In this document: piece after piece, positions 20,514 to 31,800 of the stretch
Numbering within the stretch: position 1 is the first letter of the stretch
How the letters are laid out: the number at the start of each line of letters is the position of its first letter
From: Bacilli bacterium
GTDB lineage: Bacteria > Bacillota_I > Bacilli_A > RF39 > UBA660
Direction: 5' to 3'
Length of the DNA: 64,000 nucleotides
Assembly (NCBI GenBank): GCA_017441845.1
Contig: JAFRVB010000005.1
Span: 22,150-86,149, forward strand
Position numbers and translations under genes: made by a program
Notes under the pieces: model-generated
Told to the model about the DNA's origin: nothing
The model's database searches: none
What the model saw: the letters and a program-made list of their open reading frames with translations, nothing else

Positions 20514-21302
20514 ATGTTATTACAAACTAAAACTGATATTGGAAAATTTAGAGAAAGAAATGAAGATTTTATCGCAGTATCTCGTCATCCTATGAGTGAA
20601 GATATAGTTTTTATGTGTTTAGCTGATGGTATGGGTGGAGGTATACATGGTGATGTTGCTTCTGAAACAGTAGTTAAAGCTCTATATAATTTATTTATGG
20701 AGTCAGATATTTCTATCTTTGATGATATTAACTTATTAAAGAAAAAAACTGATGAAGTAATCAACTCTTGTGATAAATTATTAATCTCTAAATTTGGAGA
20801 AAACTCTATTGGCACAACTCTATGTATGGGATACGTCTTAAGAGATAAAACTCTAATTATCAATATTGGTGATAGTAGATGCTACAAGTATGAAGATGAT
20901 AAATTAATCCAAGTTACTGAAGATGATAGTGAAGTATTTAGATTATATAAAAATGGTTCTGTTTCGAAAGATGATTTAAAATACTTTGGTATTAATAATA
21001 TTATTACTAAATGTATTGGTTTAAGAAGTGATTTATGTGATCCAACATATTATGAATTAAATAATTCTTATGATATGTTATTATTCTTTTCTGATGGAGT
21101 AACTGATCTGTTGAGTGATATAGAAATAGAAGATATTATTAAACATTCAGATAATAACTTAATACTAGAAAACATAATAGATAGGGCAGTTAATTCTACT
21201 GATAATTTCATAATTCCAAAATATTTAAAAGATAAATATGAATACTTAGTTGAACCTTTCTATGGAAAAGATAATGCGAGTGGAATTATTTTTATAAAAT
21301 AA
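20514..21302 (+). CDS. PP2C-family Ser/Thr protein phosphatase, orphan (no adjacent kinase)
   Basis: LADGMGGGIHG and GDSRCY motifs typical of PrpC/Stp-like PP2C. Confidence 0.75.
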   Translation: MLLQTKTDIGKFRERNEDFIAVSRHPMSEDIVFMCLADGMGGGIHGDVASETVVKALYNLFMESDISIFDDINLLKKKTDEVINSCDKLLISKFGENSIGTTLCMGYVLRDKTLIINIGDSRCYKYEDDKLIQVTEDDSEVFRLYKNGSVSKDDLKYFGINNIITKCIGLRSDLCDPTYYELNNSYDMLLFFSDGVTDLLSDIEIEDIIKHSDNNLILENIIDRAVNSTDNFIIPKYLKDKYEYLVEPFYGKDNASGIIFIK

Positions 21303-21330
21303 ACTCTTTATAAGAGTTTTTTTATTTACA
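21303..21330 (+). terminator. Rho-independent terminator after the PP2C gene
   Basis: aaactctttataagagttttttt. Confidence 0.6.
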
Positions 21331-21463
21331 ATAGTACAAGTAAGTAATTGTCATTTGTTGTATCAAAATATTTTTTATTTGTTAATATTTATTAAAATGT
21401 TAAGTTTTTGTAGAAATATATATTAAATTATTATATAATTTATATAGGATAGAAGGTGTGTGT

Positions 21464-23341
21464 ATGCTAGGAAGTATTAAAGAAATAATTGATAATAGCG
21501 TAATAATAAAATTAGATATAGACATCAGTAATCAACCTAACTTGGTTAATTTACATGTTGTTTTTGAAAATGAAGGTAAGCGTATTGTAGGAGAAATAGC
21601 TAATGTTAATCAAACTGAGATGTTAGCTAATATTGTTGGTGAAATAGAATCAGATACTTCTTTTATTCCTGGTGCAACACTTAAACCTTCATTCAAATCT
21701 CAAGTTAGATTAATTAAAATGGAAGAGTTAGCATTAATTTTAGGTGATCAAGAACTAAAACCAGGATATACTAATTTTGGTTCTAGTAATGTATATACTA
21801 ATTATAGAATTAATGTTCCAATAAATGATTTTTTTAGTAATCACTTTGCAGTGTTAGGAAACTCTGGTGCTGGTAAAAGTTCTACTGTAGCATCAATCAT
21901 TCAAAAATTATTTAGAGGAAATAAAACTCCAATTAATTCAACTATGTTTTTCTTCGATGCTTTTGGAGAATATACTCAAGCATTTACTTCATTACATGAA
22001 GAAAATAATAATATTAATTATAAATGTTATACAACTAATCCTGAAACACCTGATGGTGAATTATTAAGAATACCTGTATGGTTATTAGATTTAGATGATT
22101 TAGCATTGTTACTTGATGCGAATAATGCAGCTCAATTACCAGTTATTGAAAAAACTTTAAAATTAGTTCCAATTCTTACTGGTACTAGTGAATCTACTAT
22201 TAAGAGAAAAAATGATATTATTGCTAGAGCTGTTCAAGAGATCATGTTATCTGGAGGAGACTCTGTTAAAATACATGACCAAGTAGTAGCTGTACTTACT
22301 AAATTTAATACACCTACATTTAATCTACAAACTCAAATAGTTCAACCTGGTTATACTAGAACTTTAAAACAATGTTTATTTGTTGATAAAACTGGTAAGA
22401 TGCAAGAGATGGAGTTAGTTGTTGAATTTATTAGAGGATATATAATGGAAGATGTTTATGAAATTCCTGATGAGGAGTTAAATAAATTCTATTCTCTAAA
22501 AGATTTAGAACTAGCTTTAGAATTTGCTTTAATTGATGAAGGTGCATTAAATAGTGATCAAGTATTTGATTATGCTAATATTATTTCTGTTAGACTTCAT
22601 TCATTAGTTAATGGAGAAACTGCTAAATACTTTGAATATCCTAATTATGTTACTAAGGATCAATATATTGATAGTCTGCTTTTTGATAAAGCTAGTGGTG
22701 GTAAGAGTCAAATAGTTAACTTTAATATAAATTATGTTGATGATAGAATTGCTAAGGTTATGACTAAGATTATTTCTCGTATGATATTTATGAGAGGGGC
22801 TTTGACTAGACCTAGAGGTAGTAATGCTTATCATATTATTATTGAAGAAGCTCATAGATATGTTCAAAAAGATAAAGATGTTGAGTTATTGGGATACAAT
22901 ATCTTTGAACGTATATCTAAAGAAGGTCGTAAATATGGGGTGTTCTTAGCTTTTATTACACAAAGACCTTCAGAGTTATCTGATACATGTATTTCTCAAT
23001 GTAGTAATTTTGTTATTTTAAGATTATTGCATCCTAAAGATTTAAATTATGTAAAGGAAATGGTACCTAATATTACTAGTGAAATAGTACTTCAATTGAA
23101 GAACTTAAAACCTGGTAATGCGATAGCTTTCGGTACTGGATTTAAAGTACCAATAGCTTTAAAAATAGATAGACCAAATCCTGAACCATTATCTAGTAAT
23201 GTTAATCTAGAAGATGTTTGGTATAGACAACCTCAATTTGGTAATGTTCAAGCCATTCAAAATCAAGATTTAGGTGATCCTGTTATTGTTGATGATAATA
23301 CTTCATTTGTAGCGATGACTGAACAACCACCTCAACAATAG
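21464..23341 (+). CDS. HerA/FtsK-superfamily ATPase (HerA-like, DUF87-type)
   Basis: N-terminal HAS-barrel-like region; Walker A GNSGAGKSST; Walker B IIIEEAHRY; HerA-type motif GRKYGVFLAFITQRPSE. Confidence 0.65.
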   Translation: MLGSIKEIIDNSVIIKLDIDISNQPNLVNLHVVFENEGKRIVGEIANVNQTEMLANIVGEIESDTSFIPGATLKPSFKSQVRLIKMEELALILGDQELKPGYTNFGSSNVYTNYRINVPINDFFSNHFAVLGNSGAGKSSTVASIIQKLFRGNKTPINSTMFFFDAFGEYTQAFTSLHEENNNINYKCYTTNPETPDGELLRIPVWLLDLDDLALLLDANNAAQLPVIEKTLKLVPILTGTSESTIKRKNDIIARAVQEIMLSGGDSVKIHDQVVAVLTKFNTPTFNLQTQIVQPGYTRTLKQCLFVDKTGKMQEMELVVEFIRGYIMEDVYEIPDEELNKFYSLKDLELALEFALIDEGALNSDQVFDYANIISVRLHSLVNGETAKYFEYPNYVTKDQYIDSLLFDKASGGKSQIVNFNINYVDDRIAKVMTKIISRMIFMRGALTRPRGSNAYHIIIEEAHRYVQKDKDVELLGYNIFERISKEGRKYGVFLAFITQRPSELSDTCISQCSNFVILRLLHPKDLNYVKEMVPNITSEIVLQLKNLKPGNAIAFGTGFKVPIALKIDRPNPEPLSSNVNLEDVWYRQPQFGNVQAIQNQDLGDPVIVDDNTSFVAMTEQPPQQ

Positions 23342-23437
23342 AATATTAATTTCTAAGTGTAAACAAGGGTATAGATACTAGAAATGTTTAGTAAACTATG
23401 ATAAAATAAAATGTGTATAAAGATGGAGGGTAAAATT

Positions 23438-23884
23438 ATGGGTATTGAAAAACTTAAAAATTTTATTACTGGAGACTCTGGTGAAGAATTAGAAGAAAAA
23501 GTAGGAGACGATGGATACTATACAACTACTAAACAAGAAGTAGCAGCACAAACCACTTTATCTGGAAATAAAGTAATGTTATTAGAACCTCGTGCTTATA
23601 GTGAGTCACAACAAATAGCAGATTATTTAAAAAACAGAACACAAGTTATTGTTAATATGAAGAGAGTAACTCCTGATCAAGCAAAAAGAATAATTGACTT
23701 TTTATCAGGAACAATTTATGCTATAGGTGGTCATTTGGAGAAATTAGGTGGAGGAATTTTCCTTGCTACTCCTAATAATATTTCTATTGAGGGAACTTAT
23801 AGTGATGATTCTAAAACAGATAAAGTTCGTCCTAGTAGTAAAAAAACAAATGACGATGATGATAACGAAGATGATTTCTTTTAG
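23438..23884 (+). CDS. sepF: Cell-division protein SepF
   Basis: ATG after the ggaggg RBS; C-terminal SepF domain VIVNMKRVTPDQAKRIIDFLSGTIYAIGG; lies in a sepF-divIVA-ileS arrangement as in Bacillus. Confidence 0.8.
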   Translation: MGIEKLKNFITGDSGEELEEKVGDDGYYTTTKQEVAAQTTLSGNKVMLLEPRAYSESQQIADYLKNRTQVIVNMKRVTPDQAKRIIDFLSGTIYAIGGHLEKLGGGIFLATPNNISIEGTYSDDSKTDKVRPSSKKTNDDDDNEDDFF

Positions 23885-23912
23885 TAATTAGATTATCTTA
23901 GGGTGGGTTCGA

Positions 23913-24329
23913 ATGAAGAAGTTTAGTTATGAAGAAAAAGGTTATAATCGTAAAGAGGTTAATGCTTTTATTGATGAAGTAATTGCTAATTCAGAAGAAT
24001 TAATTAATAGATGCAAGAGTCAAGCTGAAGAGATTAAAGGTTTAACTGAAGAATTAGAACGATTAAAAAATACCGACAGTAAAGATATAGAAAATTCTAG
24101 TAAAATTAGGGCTAGTGCTCTTCGTGATGCCGAAGAGATAATTGCTAGTGCTAAGATGAATGCTAGTATGATATTAAATGATTCTTTACTTCGAGCTAGT
24201 GAATTAAATGATAGAGCTAATTTATATGAAAGAAAGATTAAATTATTTAAAAAGAAATTTAAAGTACTAATTGATGAGTATGAATTAATTAGTAAGGAGA
24301 TAGAAGAAATAGAGTTTGATAAAGAGTAG
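23913..24329 (+). CDS. divIVA: DivIVA-domain protein (short DivIVA/GpsB-like)
   Basis: N-terminal FSYEEKGYNRKEVNAFIDEV DivIVA motif followed by coiled coil. Confidence 0.7.
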   Translation: MKKFSYEEKGYNRKEVNAFIDEVIANSEELINRCKSQAEEIKGLTEELERLKNTDSKDIENSSKIRASALRDAEEIIASAKMNASMILNDSLLRASELNDRANLYERKIKLFKKKFKVLIDEYELISKEIEEIEFDKE

Positions 24330-24401
24330 TGATACTCTTTTTTGTTGATTTTAAAAAGGTGTTGTGCTATACTATCTCTTACTTTGAAAAGAGGGATTTT
24401 T

Positions 24402-24935
24402 ATGGGAATATATATCGAGAATATAAGTGAGAATGTTTGTGAGTTTGTTAATAATACTATTGATAATTATTTTGATAATTTTTATGATATTTTAGGAGTT
24501 AATATGAATCTAGAAAATGATCTAAGTGCTAGACATATTTATTCTAGATTAAAATATAAAAATGATGGTAATAATTTATTAAGTTTTAATTATAGTAATC
24601 ATTATGATCTTAATGGAGTTTTAATAGGATATCATTTTAATGTTAAAGATGATTGGGCTTCATTTACTTATAGTAAGAGTTTACCTGATAATACAGTTAA
24701 AGAAACAGCAATTGATCTTAATATAAATAATAATAAAGTAGTTATGTATACTTTAAATACTACTAGAAATAATGTTGATAGAGGGAAGACATTAACTTTT
24801 GATGATATGGAATTATTACCTAGTATATGTGATGATTATAGTATAGATGTTTTTGATTTTATGGTTAATAATGATTCTCTATTAACTGGAATTAGTAAAG
24901 TTAACAAAAAAAGTAAAACAAAAGTAAAAAAATAA
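24402..24935 (+). CDS. Hypothetical protein
   Basis: ORF with a gagggat RBS and no recognised motifs; the ORF-track start 24342 is probably too far upstream. Confidence 0.4.
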   Translation: MGIYIENISENVCEFVNNTIDNYFDNFYDILGVNMNLENDLSARHIYSRLKYKNDGNNLLSFNYSNHYDLNGVLIGYHFNVKDDWASFTYSKSLPDNTVKETAIDLNINNNKVVMYTLNTTRNNVDRGKTLTFDDMELLPSICDDYSIDVFDFMVNNDSLLTGISKVNKKSKTKVKK

Positions 24936-24964
24936 TTTGAAAAGATTATTTTTTTATGATAACA

Positions 24965-25180
24965 TTTAGTAGTGAAAGCAAGTGCGAAAGACGGAGATAA
25001 TTGAAGTGTATTAGAGAGTTCTTGGTTGGTGAAAAAGAATTACTAGTAGATTATTTCAGATCACTTTCAAGTGTTGTTTATGGATAAGATAAATGCGGTT
25101 ACGACGTTATAGTATTTAAGAAGTAATTAAGGTGGTACCACGGGTATTTACTCGTCCTTTGGTATCATCTTTTTTTTATT
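24965..25180 (+). promoter_or_regulatory. T-box riboswitch leader upstream of ileS
   Basis: AGAGA box (ttagagag), T-box sequence AATTAAGGTGGTACCACGGG, then a terminator T-run 25171-25180 immediately before the ileS RBS. Confidence 0.75.
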
Positions 25181-25196
25181 TTAAGGAGGGAGACAT

Positions 25197-28100
25197 ATGA
25201 GTTTTGATAAATTAAATAATAAGAGTATTAATCTATGTGAAAAGGAAATTAATGATTATTGGGATAAGATTAATATTTTAGATAAAAGTATAGATAAAGG
25301 TAATGATAAAGATCTTTGGGTTTTTTATGATGGACCAGCTACTGCGAACGGTAATCCTGGACTTCATCATATGTTAGCAAAATTTTTAAAAGACACTTTC
25401 TGTAAATATGAAACTATGATTGGTAAAAAAGTTTATAGAAAGGTAGGATGGGATACTCATGGACTACCAGTAGAAGTACAAGTTGAAAAAGAACTTGGTT
25501 TTAATGGTAAAGAAGATATTGAGAAGTATGGAATTGAAGCTTTCAATAAAAAGTGTAGAGAGTCTGTTTGGGCTAATGAAAAACATTTTGCCTCTTTAAC
25601 TCGCGAGATGGGTCAATTCATAGACTTGGAAAATCCATATGTCACTTATGATAATAATTATATTGAAACTGAATGGTATATCTTAAAGAAATTCTTTGAA
25701 GAAGATATGTTTTATGAAGGTGTAAAGATTCTTCCTTATTGTCCTAGATGTGGAACTGGACTTTCTTCTCATGAAGTTGCTCAAGGATATAAAGAGATAC
25801 CTGTTAATACAGTTTACCTTCCTTTTAAGATGAAAGATGAAGATACTTACTTCTTAGTATGGACTACAACTCCTTGGACATTAATGGCTAACTTAGCTCT
25901 ATGTGTTAATCCAAAAGAGAAGTATGTTAAAGTCAATTCTAAAGGATATAATTTTATTCTTGCTAAAGATTTAGCTAAATCTATATTAGGTGACGATATA
26001 GAGATAGTTGAAGAGTATAAAGGAAAAGATTTAGAAGGAATTGAGTATGAACAATTAATGCCTTTTGTAGATTCTAATATTAAAAATGCTTTTAAAGTAT
26101 TATGTGATGAATATGTTACTATGAGTGATGGTACAGGAGTTGTTCATATTGCACCTGCTTATGGAGAAGATGATGCTAAAGTTTGTAAAAAATATAAAGT
26201 TGGTTATGTTAATCCAGTAGGTGATGATGGTTGTTATACAGAAGGTCCTTGGAAGGGAAGATTAGTAACTGATACTGACTTAGAATTAGAAATAATTGAT
26301 TGGTTAAAATCAAATGATAAATTATTTAAAAAACAAAAAATGACTCATAATTATCCACATTGTTGGAGATGTCATTCACCATTAGTTTATTACTCTAAAC
26401 CATCTTTCTATTTAGAAGTAACTAAGATTCAAGATAAAATTATGAAAGCTAATAAAGAAGTGAGATGGGTTCCTTCTTATGTTGGTGAAAAGAGATTTGG
26501 TAACTGGTTAGAAAATATGAATGACTGGGCAATCTCAAGAAGTAGATATTGGGGATGTCCACTACCTCTTTGGAGATGTGAATGTGGTCATGATGAAATG
26601 ATAGGATCAAGAGAAGAATTAGCAGAAAAAGCAGTTGAAAAAGTAGATCCAAAAACTATCGATTTACATAGACCATATGTAGATGATATTCACATTAAAT
26701 GTCCAAAGTGTGGAAAAGAAATGACAAGAGTTAAAGATGTTATTGACTGTTGGTTTGATAGTGGAGCTATGCCTTTTGCACAATATCATTATCCATTTGA
26801 AAATGTAGATTTCTTTGAAAAACAATTCCCAGCAGATTTTATCTGTGAAGGAATTGATCAAACTAGAGGATGGTTCTATTCATTAATAGTAATCTCTGTA
26901 TTCTTAAAAGGAGTTAGTCCTTATAAGAGTGTACTTGTTAATGACTTATTATTAGATAAGAATGGTCAAAAGATGCATAAGTCTAAAGGTAATGCGATTG
27001 AACCATTTACTATGTTAGAAAAGTATGGTGCTGATACTATTAGATATTATTTGGCGTATGCTTCTCCTGTATGGACTCCATTAAAATTTGATGAAGATGG
27101 AGTAAAAGAAATTTATTCTAAGTATACAGCTACTCTTAAGAATTTATATTCATTCTTTGAGATGTATGCGAATGCTGATCATATTGATCCAAGAGAATTT
27201 GATATTCCTGTGGAGAAGAGAGAGTTAATAGATAAATGGTTACTTTCTAAATTAAATAAATTAGTTAAAGAAGTAACTATAGCTTATGAAGAATATGATC
27301 TTAATAAAGTTACTAGAGCAGTTATTCCATTCTTAAATGATGATTTCTCTAACTGGTATATTAGATCTACTAGAAGAAGATTCTGGGATTCAGAATTAAC
27401 TGAAAGTAAAAAAGCAGTTTATTTAACTACTTATGAAGTATTATTAACTTTAGTTAAATTAATGGCTCCAATCACTCCATTCTTAACTGAAGAAATTTAT
27501 ATGAAGTTAACTGGAGAAGAATCAGTTCATCTAGCAGACTTCCCTAAATATGATAAAGATTTATTAAATAAAAAAGCAGAAGAGAGAATGGATTTAGTAA
27601 GAGAAGTTTGTTCTTTGGGAAGAAATGCTAGAGAAGGAGTTAATATTAAAGTTAGACAACCTATTCAAACATTAATACTTCCTAAGAAGGATGAAAAAGT
27701 AATAGGAGATTTACTTCCAATTATTCAAGAAGAATTGAATGTAAAAGAAGTTCATTTTGAAAGGAATATGGATGAGTATTTAGAATATACTGTTAAACCT
27801 AACTTTAAAGAAGTTGGTAAAGTTTTAGGTAATAGAGTAAAACTATTACAAGAAGCACTAGAGAATATTACTACTGAACAAATCAATAAGATTAAAGATG
27901 GTGGATTAGTAATGAGTCTTGGAGGAGATGATTATACTATTACTGAAGATATGGTCATCATTACTCTAAAACAAAAAACTGGTTATGCTACTGTAGCTTC
28001 TAATATAACTTGTGTAGTATTGGATACTAATCTAACCAGAGATTTAATCTTAGAAGGTTTAGCTAGAGAGTTTGTACGTAATGTTCAAAACTTAAGAAAA

Positions 28101-28295
28101 GAAGCAGACTTTGTTATAACTGATCATATTAATGTTTATTATAATGGTGGAGAAGATATAGAAGAAATGTTTAAAAAATATAAAGACTATATCATGAGAG
28201 AAGTTTTAGGAGAAAAACTAATTAAAGATGAAAAATTAGATAAAGAATATGATCTTAATGATGTTAAATGTTACATTAAGGTGGAAAAAGTATAA
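25197..28295 (+). CDS. ileS: Isoleucyl-tRNA synthetase (long, type-2-like)
   Basis: 1,032 aa; KMHKSKGN (KMSKS); GWDTHGLP; zinc-finger CPKCG; T-box upstream; the HIGH region reads PGLHHML (non-canonical). Confidence 0.85.
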   Translation: MSFDKLNNKSINLCEKEINDYWDKINILDKSIDKGNDKDLWVFYDGPATANGNPGLHHMLAKFLKDTFCKYETMIGKKVYRKVGWDTHGLPVEVQVEKELGFNGKEDIEKYGIEAFNKKCRESVWANEKHFASLTREMGQFIDLENPYVTYDNNYIETEWYILKKFFEEDMFYEGVKILPYCPRCGTGLSSHEVAQGYKEIPVNTVYLPFKMKDEDTYFLVWTTTPWTLMANLALCVNPKEKYVKVNSKGYNFILAKDLAKSILGDDIEIVEEYKGKDLEGIEYEQLMPFVDSNIKNAFKVLCDEYVTMSDGTGVVHIAPAYGEDDAKVCKKYKVGYVNPVGDDGCYTEGPWKGRLVTDTDLELEIIDWLKSNDKLFKKQKMTHNYPHCWRCHSPLVYYSKPSFYLEVTKIQDKIMKANKEVRWVPSYVGEKRFGNWLENMNDWAISRSRYWGCPLPLWRCECGHDEMIGSREELAEKAVEKVDPKTIDLHRPYVDDIHIKCPKCGKEMTRVKDVIDCWFDSGAMPFAQYHYPFENVDFFEKQFPADFICEGIDQTRGWFYSLIVISVFLKGVSPYKSVLVNDLLLDKNGQKMHKSKGNAIEPFTMLEKYGADTIRYYLAYASPVWTPLKFDEDGVKEIYSKYTATLKNLYSFFEMYANADHIDPREFDIPVEKRELIDKWLLSKLNKLVKEVTIAYEEYDLNKVTRAVIPFLNDDFSNWYIRSTRRRFWDSELTESKKAVYLTTYEVLLTLVKLMAPITPFLTEEIYMKLTGEESVHLADFPKYDKDLLNKKAEERMDLVREVCSLGRNAREGVNIKVRQPIQTLILPKKDEKVIGDLLPIIQEELNVKEVHFERNMDEYLEYTVKPNFKEVGKVLGNRVKLLQEALENITTEQINKIKDGGLVMSLGGDDYTITEDMVIITLKQKTGYATVASNITCVVLDTNLTRDLILEGLAREFVRNVQNLRKEADFVITDHINVYYNGGEDIEEMFKKYKDYIMREVLGEKLIKDEKLDKEYDLNDVKCYIKVEKV

Positions 28296-28768
28296 TGAAT
28301 AAGTTAATTGTTATTTCACCTGAAGGAGATGCATATAATAAGGAAATAGCTGAGAATTATGAACATGTTGATGCCTTAAAAGATTATTTAAATGAAAATA
28401 ATATTTCTTATAATGAAGAAATAAATAACGGTCATAAATTGTGTTTAGATTTATCTAGAAAAGGTTATTGGATCTTTAGAGTTGGTGGGGCTAGTATTAT
28501 GTATATTGGCAAACAAACCACTAATGAACAATTTGATTGGTATTCACATAATACTGATTTAATTGATCAAATGAATATTATTTCAGTAGCATCTTGGTAT
28601 GATACAGATTACGATAGAGGATATGATATTATTGAACAAGGTGGTATTGGATTTAATACTTTTGAACAAAGAAGAGATAGAATAAATGACCTTATAATTG
28701 AAAAAAATAAAGATTTTGAAAAGAATGGTAAAAAATCAAAATTTGGATTCTTTAGAAGAGCAAAATAA
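28295..28768 (+). CDS. Hypothetical protein translationally coupled to ileS
   Basis: Its ATG overlaps the ileS stop (TAATG); 157 aa with no recognised motif. Confidence 0.5.
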   Translation: MNKLIVISPEGDAYNKEIAENYEHVDALKDYLNENNISYNEEINNGHKLCLDLSRKGYWIFRVGGASIMYIGKQTTNEQFDWYSHNTDLIDQMNIISVASWYDTDYDRGYDIIEQGGIGFNTFEQRRDRINDLIIEKNKDFEKNGKKSKFGFFRRAK

Positions 28769-28792
28769 AGTTTTGCTCTTTTTTTATTAATA
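28768..28792 (+). terminator. Rho-independent terminator
   Basis: agagcaaaataaagttttgctcttttttt. Confidence 0.65.
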
Positions 28793-28808
28793 AAAATAAC
28801 TTTTTTTG

Positions 28809-28848
28809 TTGACAATTTATTTAGTTTAACTTATTATAGTGTGCTAAA
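28809..28848 (+). promoter_or_regulatory. Promoter module TTGACA-N17-TATTAT followed by a conserved AGTGTGCTAA box (copy 1)
   Basis: Exact -35 and -10 hexamers with a 17-nt spacer; a near-identical module sits at 34864-34903. Confidence 0.65.
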
Positions 28849-28896
28849 TGAGGGATACTATGCGTATCCAAAAAAATTTTCATAGGGGGAAAGGTT

Positions 28897-31800
28897 ATGA
28901 AAAAGAAAAAGGGCATTTTAAAAAGTAAGAAAAAACTTACTGGTGTCATAGTTACAAGTTTGCTTGTGCTTGTAGCTGCACTTGGTTTTTTGATGCCAAA
29001 CAATTTTAAAAGTATTCTAACAAATGTTAGAAATGTTTTTGCTGCTGGTGATGAACCTGTAATCAACAAAGCAAGAACAAATAACGGTGATGGAACTTAT
29101 AAGCTTTCATTATCTGTGAAAGGGGATGCAGAAAAGAAACCTCAAAAGGCAAATGTTATTGTTGTTTTTGATACTTCTAGTAGTATGAATAGAAGTACTG
29201 GTCAAACAGAGACTACTTATACACCAACTTCATCTACTGGAACAGGGTTATATGGTTTAGTTGATGGTGAGTATGTTCCATTAACTCGTACTTCTGAACA
29301 AACAGGACCATGGTGGAATCCACAAACAACATATCACTTTTGGTATGATGGTGTTGAATATACTGGACAACGTTATAATAGACAAGAAGCAAATCAGTCA
29401 AGATTACAAGCTGCTCAAGCTGCAACAAATAGTTTAGCTAACTCTTTACTTTCAAATAATGGAAGAGATGGTAATCCAGATGATACTATTGAGATTGCTT
29501 TAGTAGATTTTGCTAATACTGCTGTAATTGCACAAGCACCAACAACAGATTACGATTCATTTGCTGCTGTAGTTAATAGTCGTGATGCAGGTAATAATAA
29601 CAGAGGTACTAACTGGGAAGCTGGATTTAGAACTGCATTGAATGTGAATTTCAATGATAATGATCCTACATATGTGATTTTTGTATCTGATGGAAATCCA
29701 ACATATTATTTACAAGATCCACAAAATACTCAACGTGGTGGAACTGGAGGAGAGACTACAGATAATATAAATACTTCATATAATCAAGCTGTTCCTGCTG
29801 CACAAGGAGTTGTTAATGCTGGTTATAATCTATATACAATCGGTATTTATGGTAGTGTTGATAGAATGGAAGACATTACTACTGATGCAGGTGCTCCAGC
29901 TGATCATTATTATTCTGCTGCTGATACAGCTGCATTACAAGAGGCATTTGCTGAAATCTTAGCTAAGATAGAAATGTCTGGAATTGGTAGTGCTGTAATT
30001 AATGATGGAACTACTAATCAAGTTTCTACTTCTACTGGTATAGTTGAACTATTAGAAGTTGATGAAAATAGTTATAAGTATTATAAAAATGGAGAAGAAT
30101 GGACTGATCCAGAAAATGATGATGAGATTGCTGCTCATTTAGTTAATGGTGTAGTTAAATGGGATTTATCTAAACTAGGTGTTTTAGAAAATGATGTTAC
30201 TTATGAAGTTACATTTGATGTTTATCCTTCCCAAACTACATATGACTATATTGCTGATTTAGAAAATGGTGTAATTGAATATAGTGATTTACCAACAGAA
30301 GTACAAAAATATTTACATCAAAGTGGTACTGCATTAGAAGGAGAAGGATATAGTTATTCATTAGATACTAATACAGAAGATGTAACATTAACATATGATG
30401 ATACAAGAGATGAAGAAGGACCTCAAACTATTGATTTCAATAAATTGAATTCTGTTGCAACTACTTCTGATACTATCTCAATTTCTAAAGAATGGGATAA
30501 CTCAATTGATAGTAGAACAAAAAGACCAGTTTCTGTTAGAATCTTAAAAACAAATGATGATGGAGAATTCCAAAATTATTGCTTTACTGATAGTTGTACT
30601 GCAGAATTAAATCAAAGTAATAACTGGTCATTAAGTGATATTCATATTGCTACTGGTTTAGCAAGATTATCAGGAAACACATTAACAGTTTTAGATACTG
30701 GTCATGATTATAAATTTGATGAGTTAGGATCTGAAGCTTATAACTGGGAATTAGAAACAGAGACTGTTCACCCTATGTTAATAAATGGTGTTTTAACAAA
30801 ACTAATCCTAGTTGAAGAAGATGCTCCTGATATGGGATCAGATAGTTATAAAACTATTGATGGTAAAGAATACTATAAATTAGATAATGGAAAAGTTTAT
30901 GTTAAATCTAATGATGGAGCTAACATTAAAGCTGAGAATCATCGTAGAAGTAATTTAAATATTAAGAAAAATGTTACTGGAGAAAATGCAAATCCAAATG
31001 ATAAATTTGAATTTACTATTAAAGTAACTCAATTAGATGAAAATGGAGATGCTATTGCTGATGACACAACAACAATCAATGATGATATTTGGTTCTCAAT
31101 TTGTGATACATCAATTGATTCAACTTGTGTAAGTCCAGATAGCTTAGTTAAAGATGATAGTCTTGTTACTGGAGCTCAAAAAGAAATAAGAGATGGAGCT
31201 TGGACAGGATACTATTACACAACAAATGATAGTGAAGTAAAAGTAAACTTAAAAGATAAATATAATATAAGATTTACTAATTTAATTTCAAATACTGACT
31301 TTAGTGTAGTTGAATCTAATAAAGCTAATTATGAATTAGATAAGATTGAGACTACTAGTGGATTTGAATCTGAAAATGATAGTAAAACTATAGATAAAAA
31401 TGCTAAGAAGATTACTGGTCATATTGGTGAAAATAATACTTCTTATCAAGTAGAATATACTAATAAGAATACTGTACCTGAAACTGTTGAAGCAACAGTT
31501 AAGAAAGTATGGGATGACGCTGATAACCAAGATGGTAAGAGACCAACAAGTTTAGAAGTTACATTAAGTAATGGAGATAGTGTTACATTAAATGAAGGTA
31601 ATAACTGGACAGCTACAGTTACAGGATTACCAAAATATATAAATGGTGAAGAAGCTACATATACATGGACTGAAGGAACTTTACCTGAAGGTTATTCAAT
31701 GACTTCAAATACAACTTCAGGAACTATTACTACAATAACTAATAGTCATACTCCAGAAGTAACTGAAGTAAGTGGTACAAAAACTTGGGATGATAAAGAT

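Noticed and set aside
28840-28896. Possible c-di-GMP or other riboswitch in the adhesin 5' UTRs
   Set aside because: The UTRs are only about 50-55 nt, too short for known c-di-GMP-I/II aptamers. Only a simple hairpin is present.
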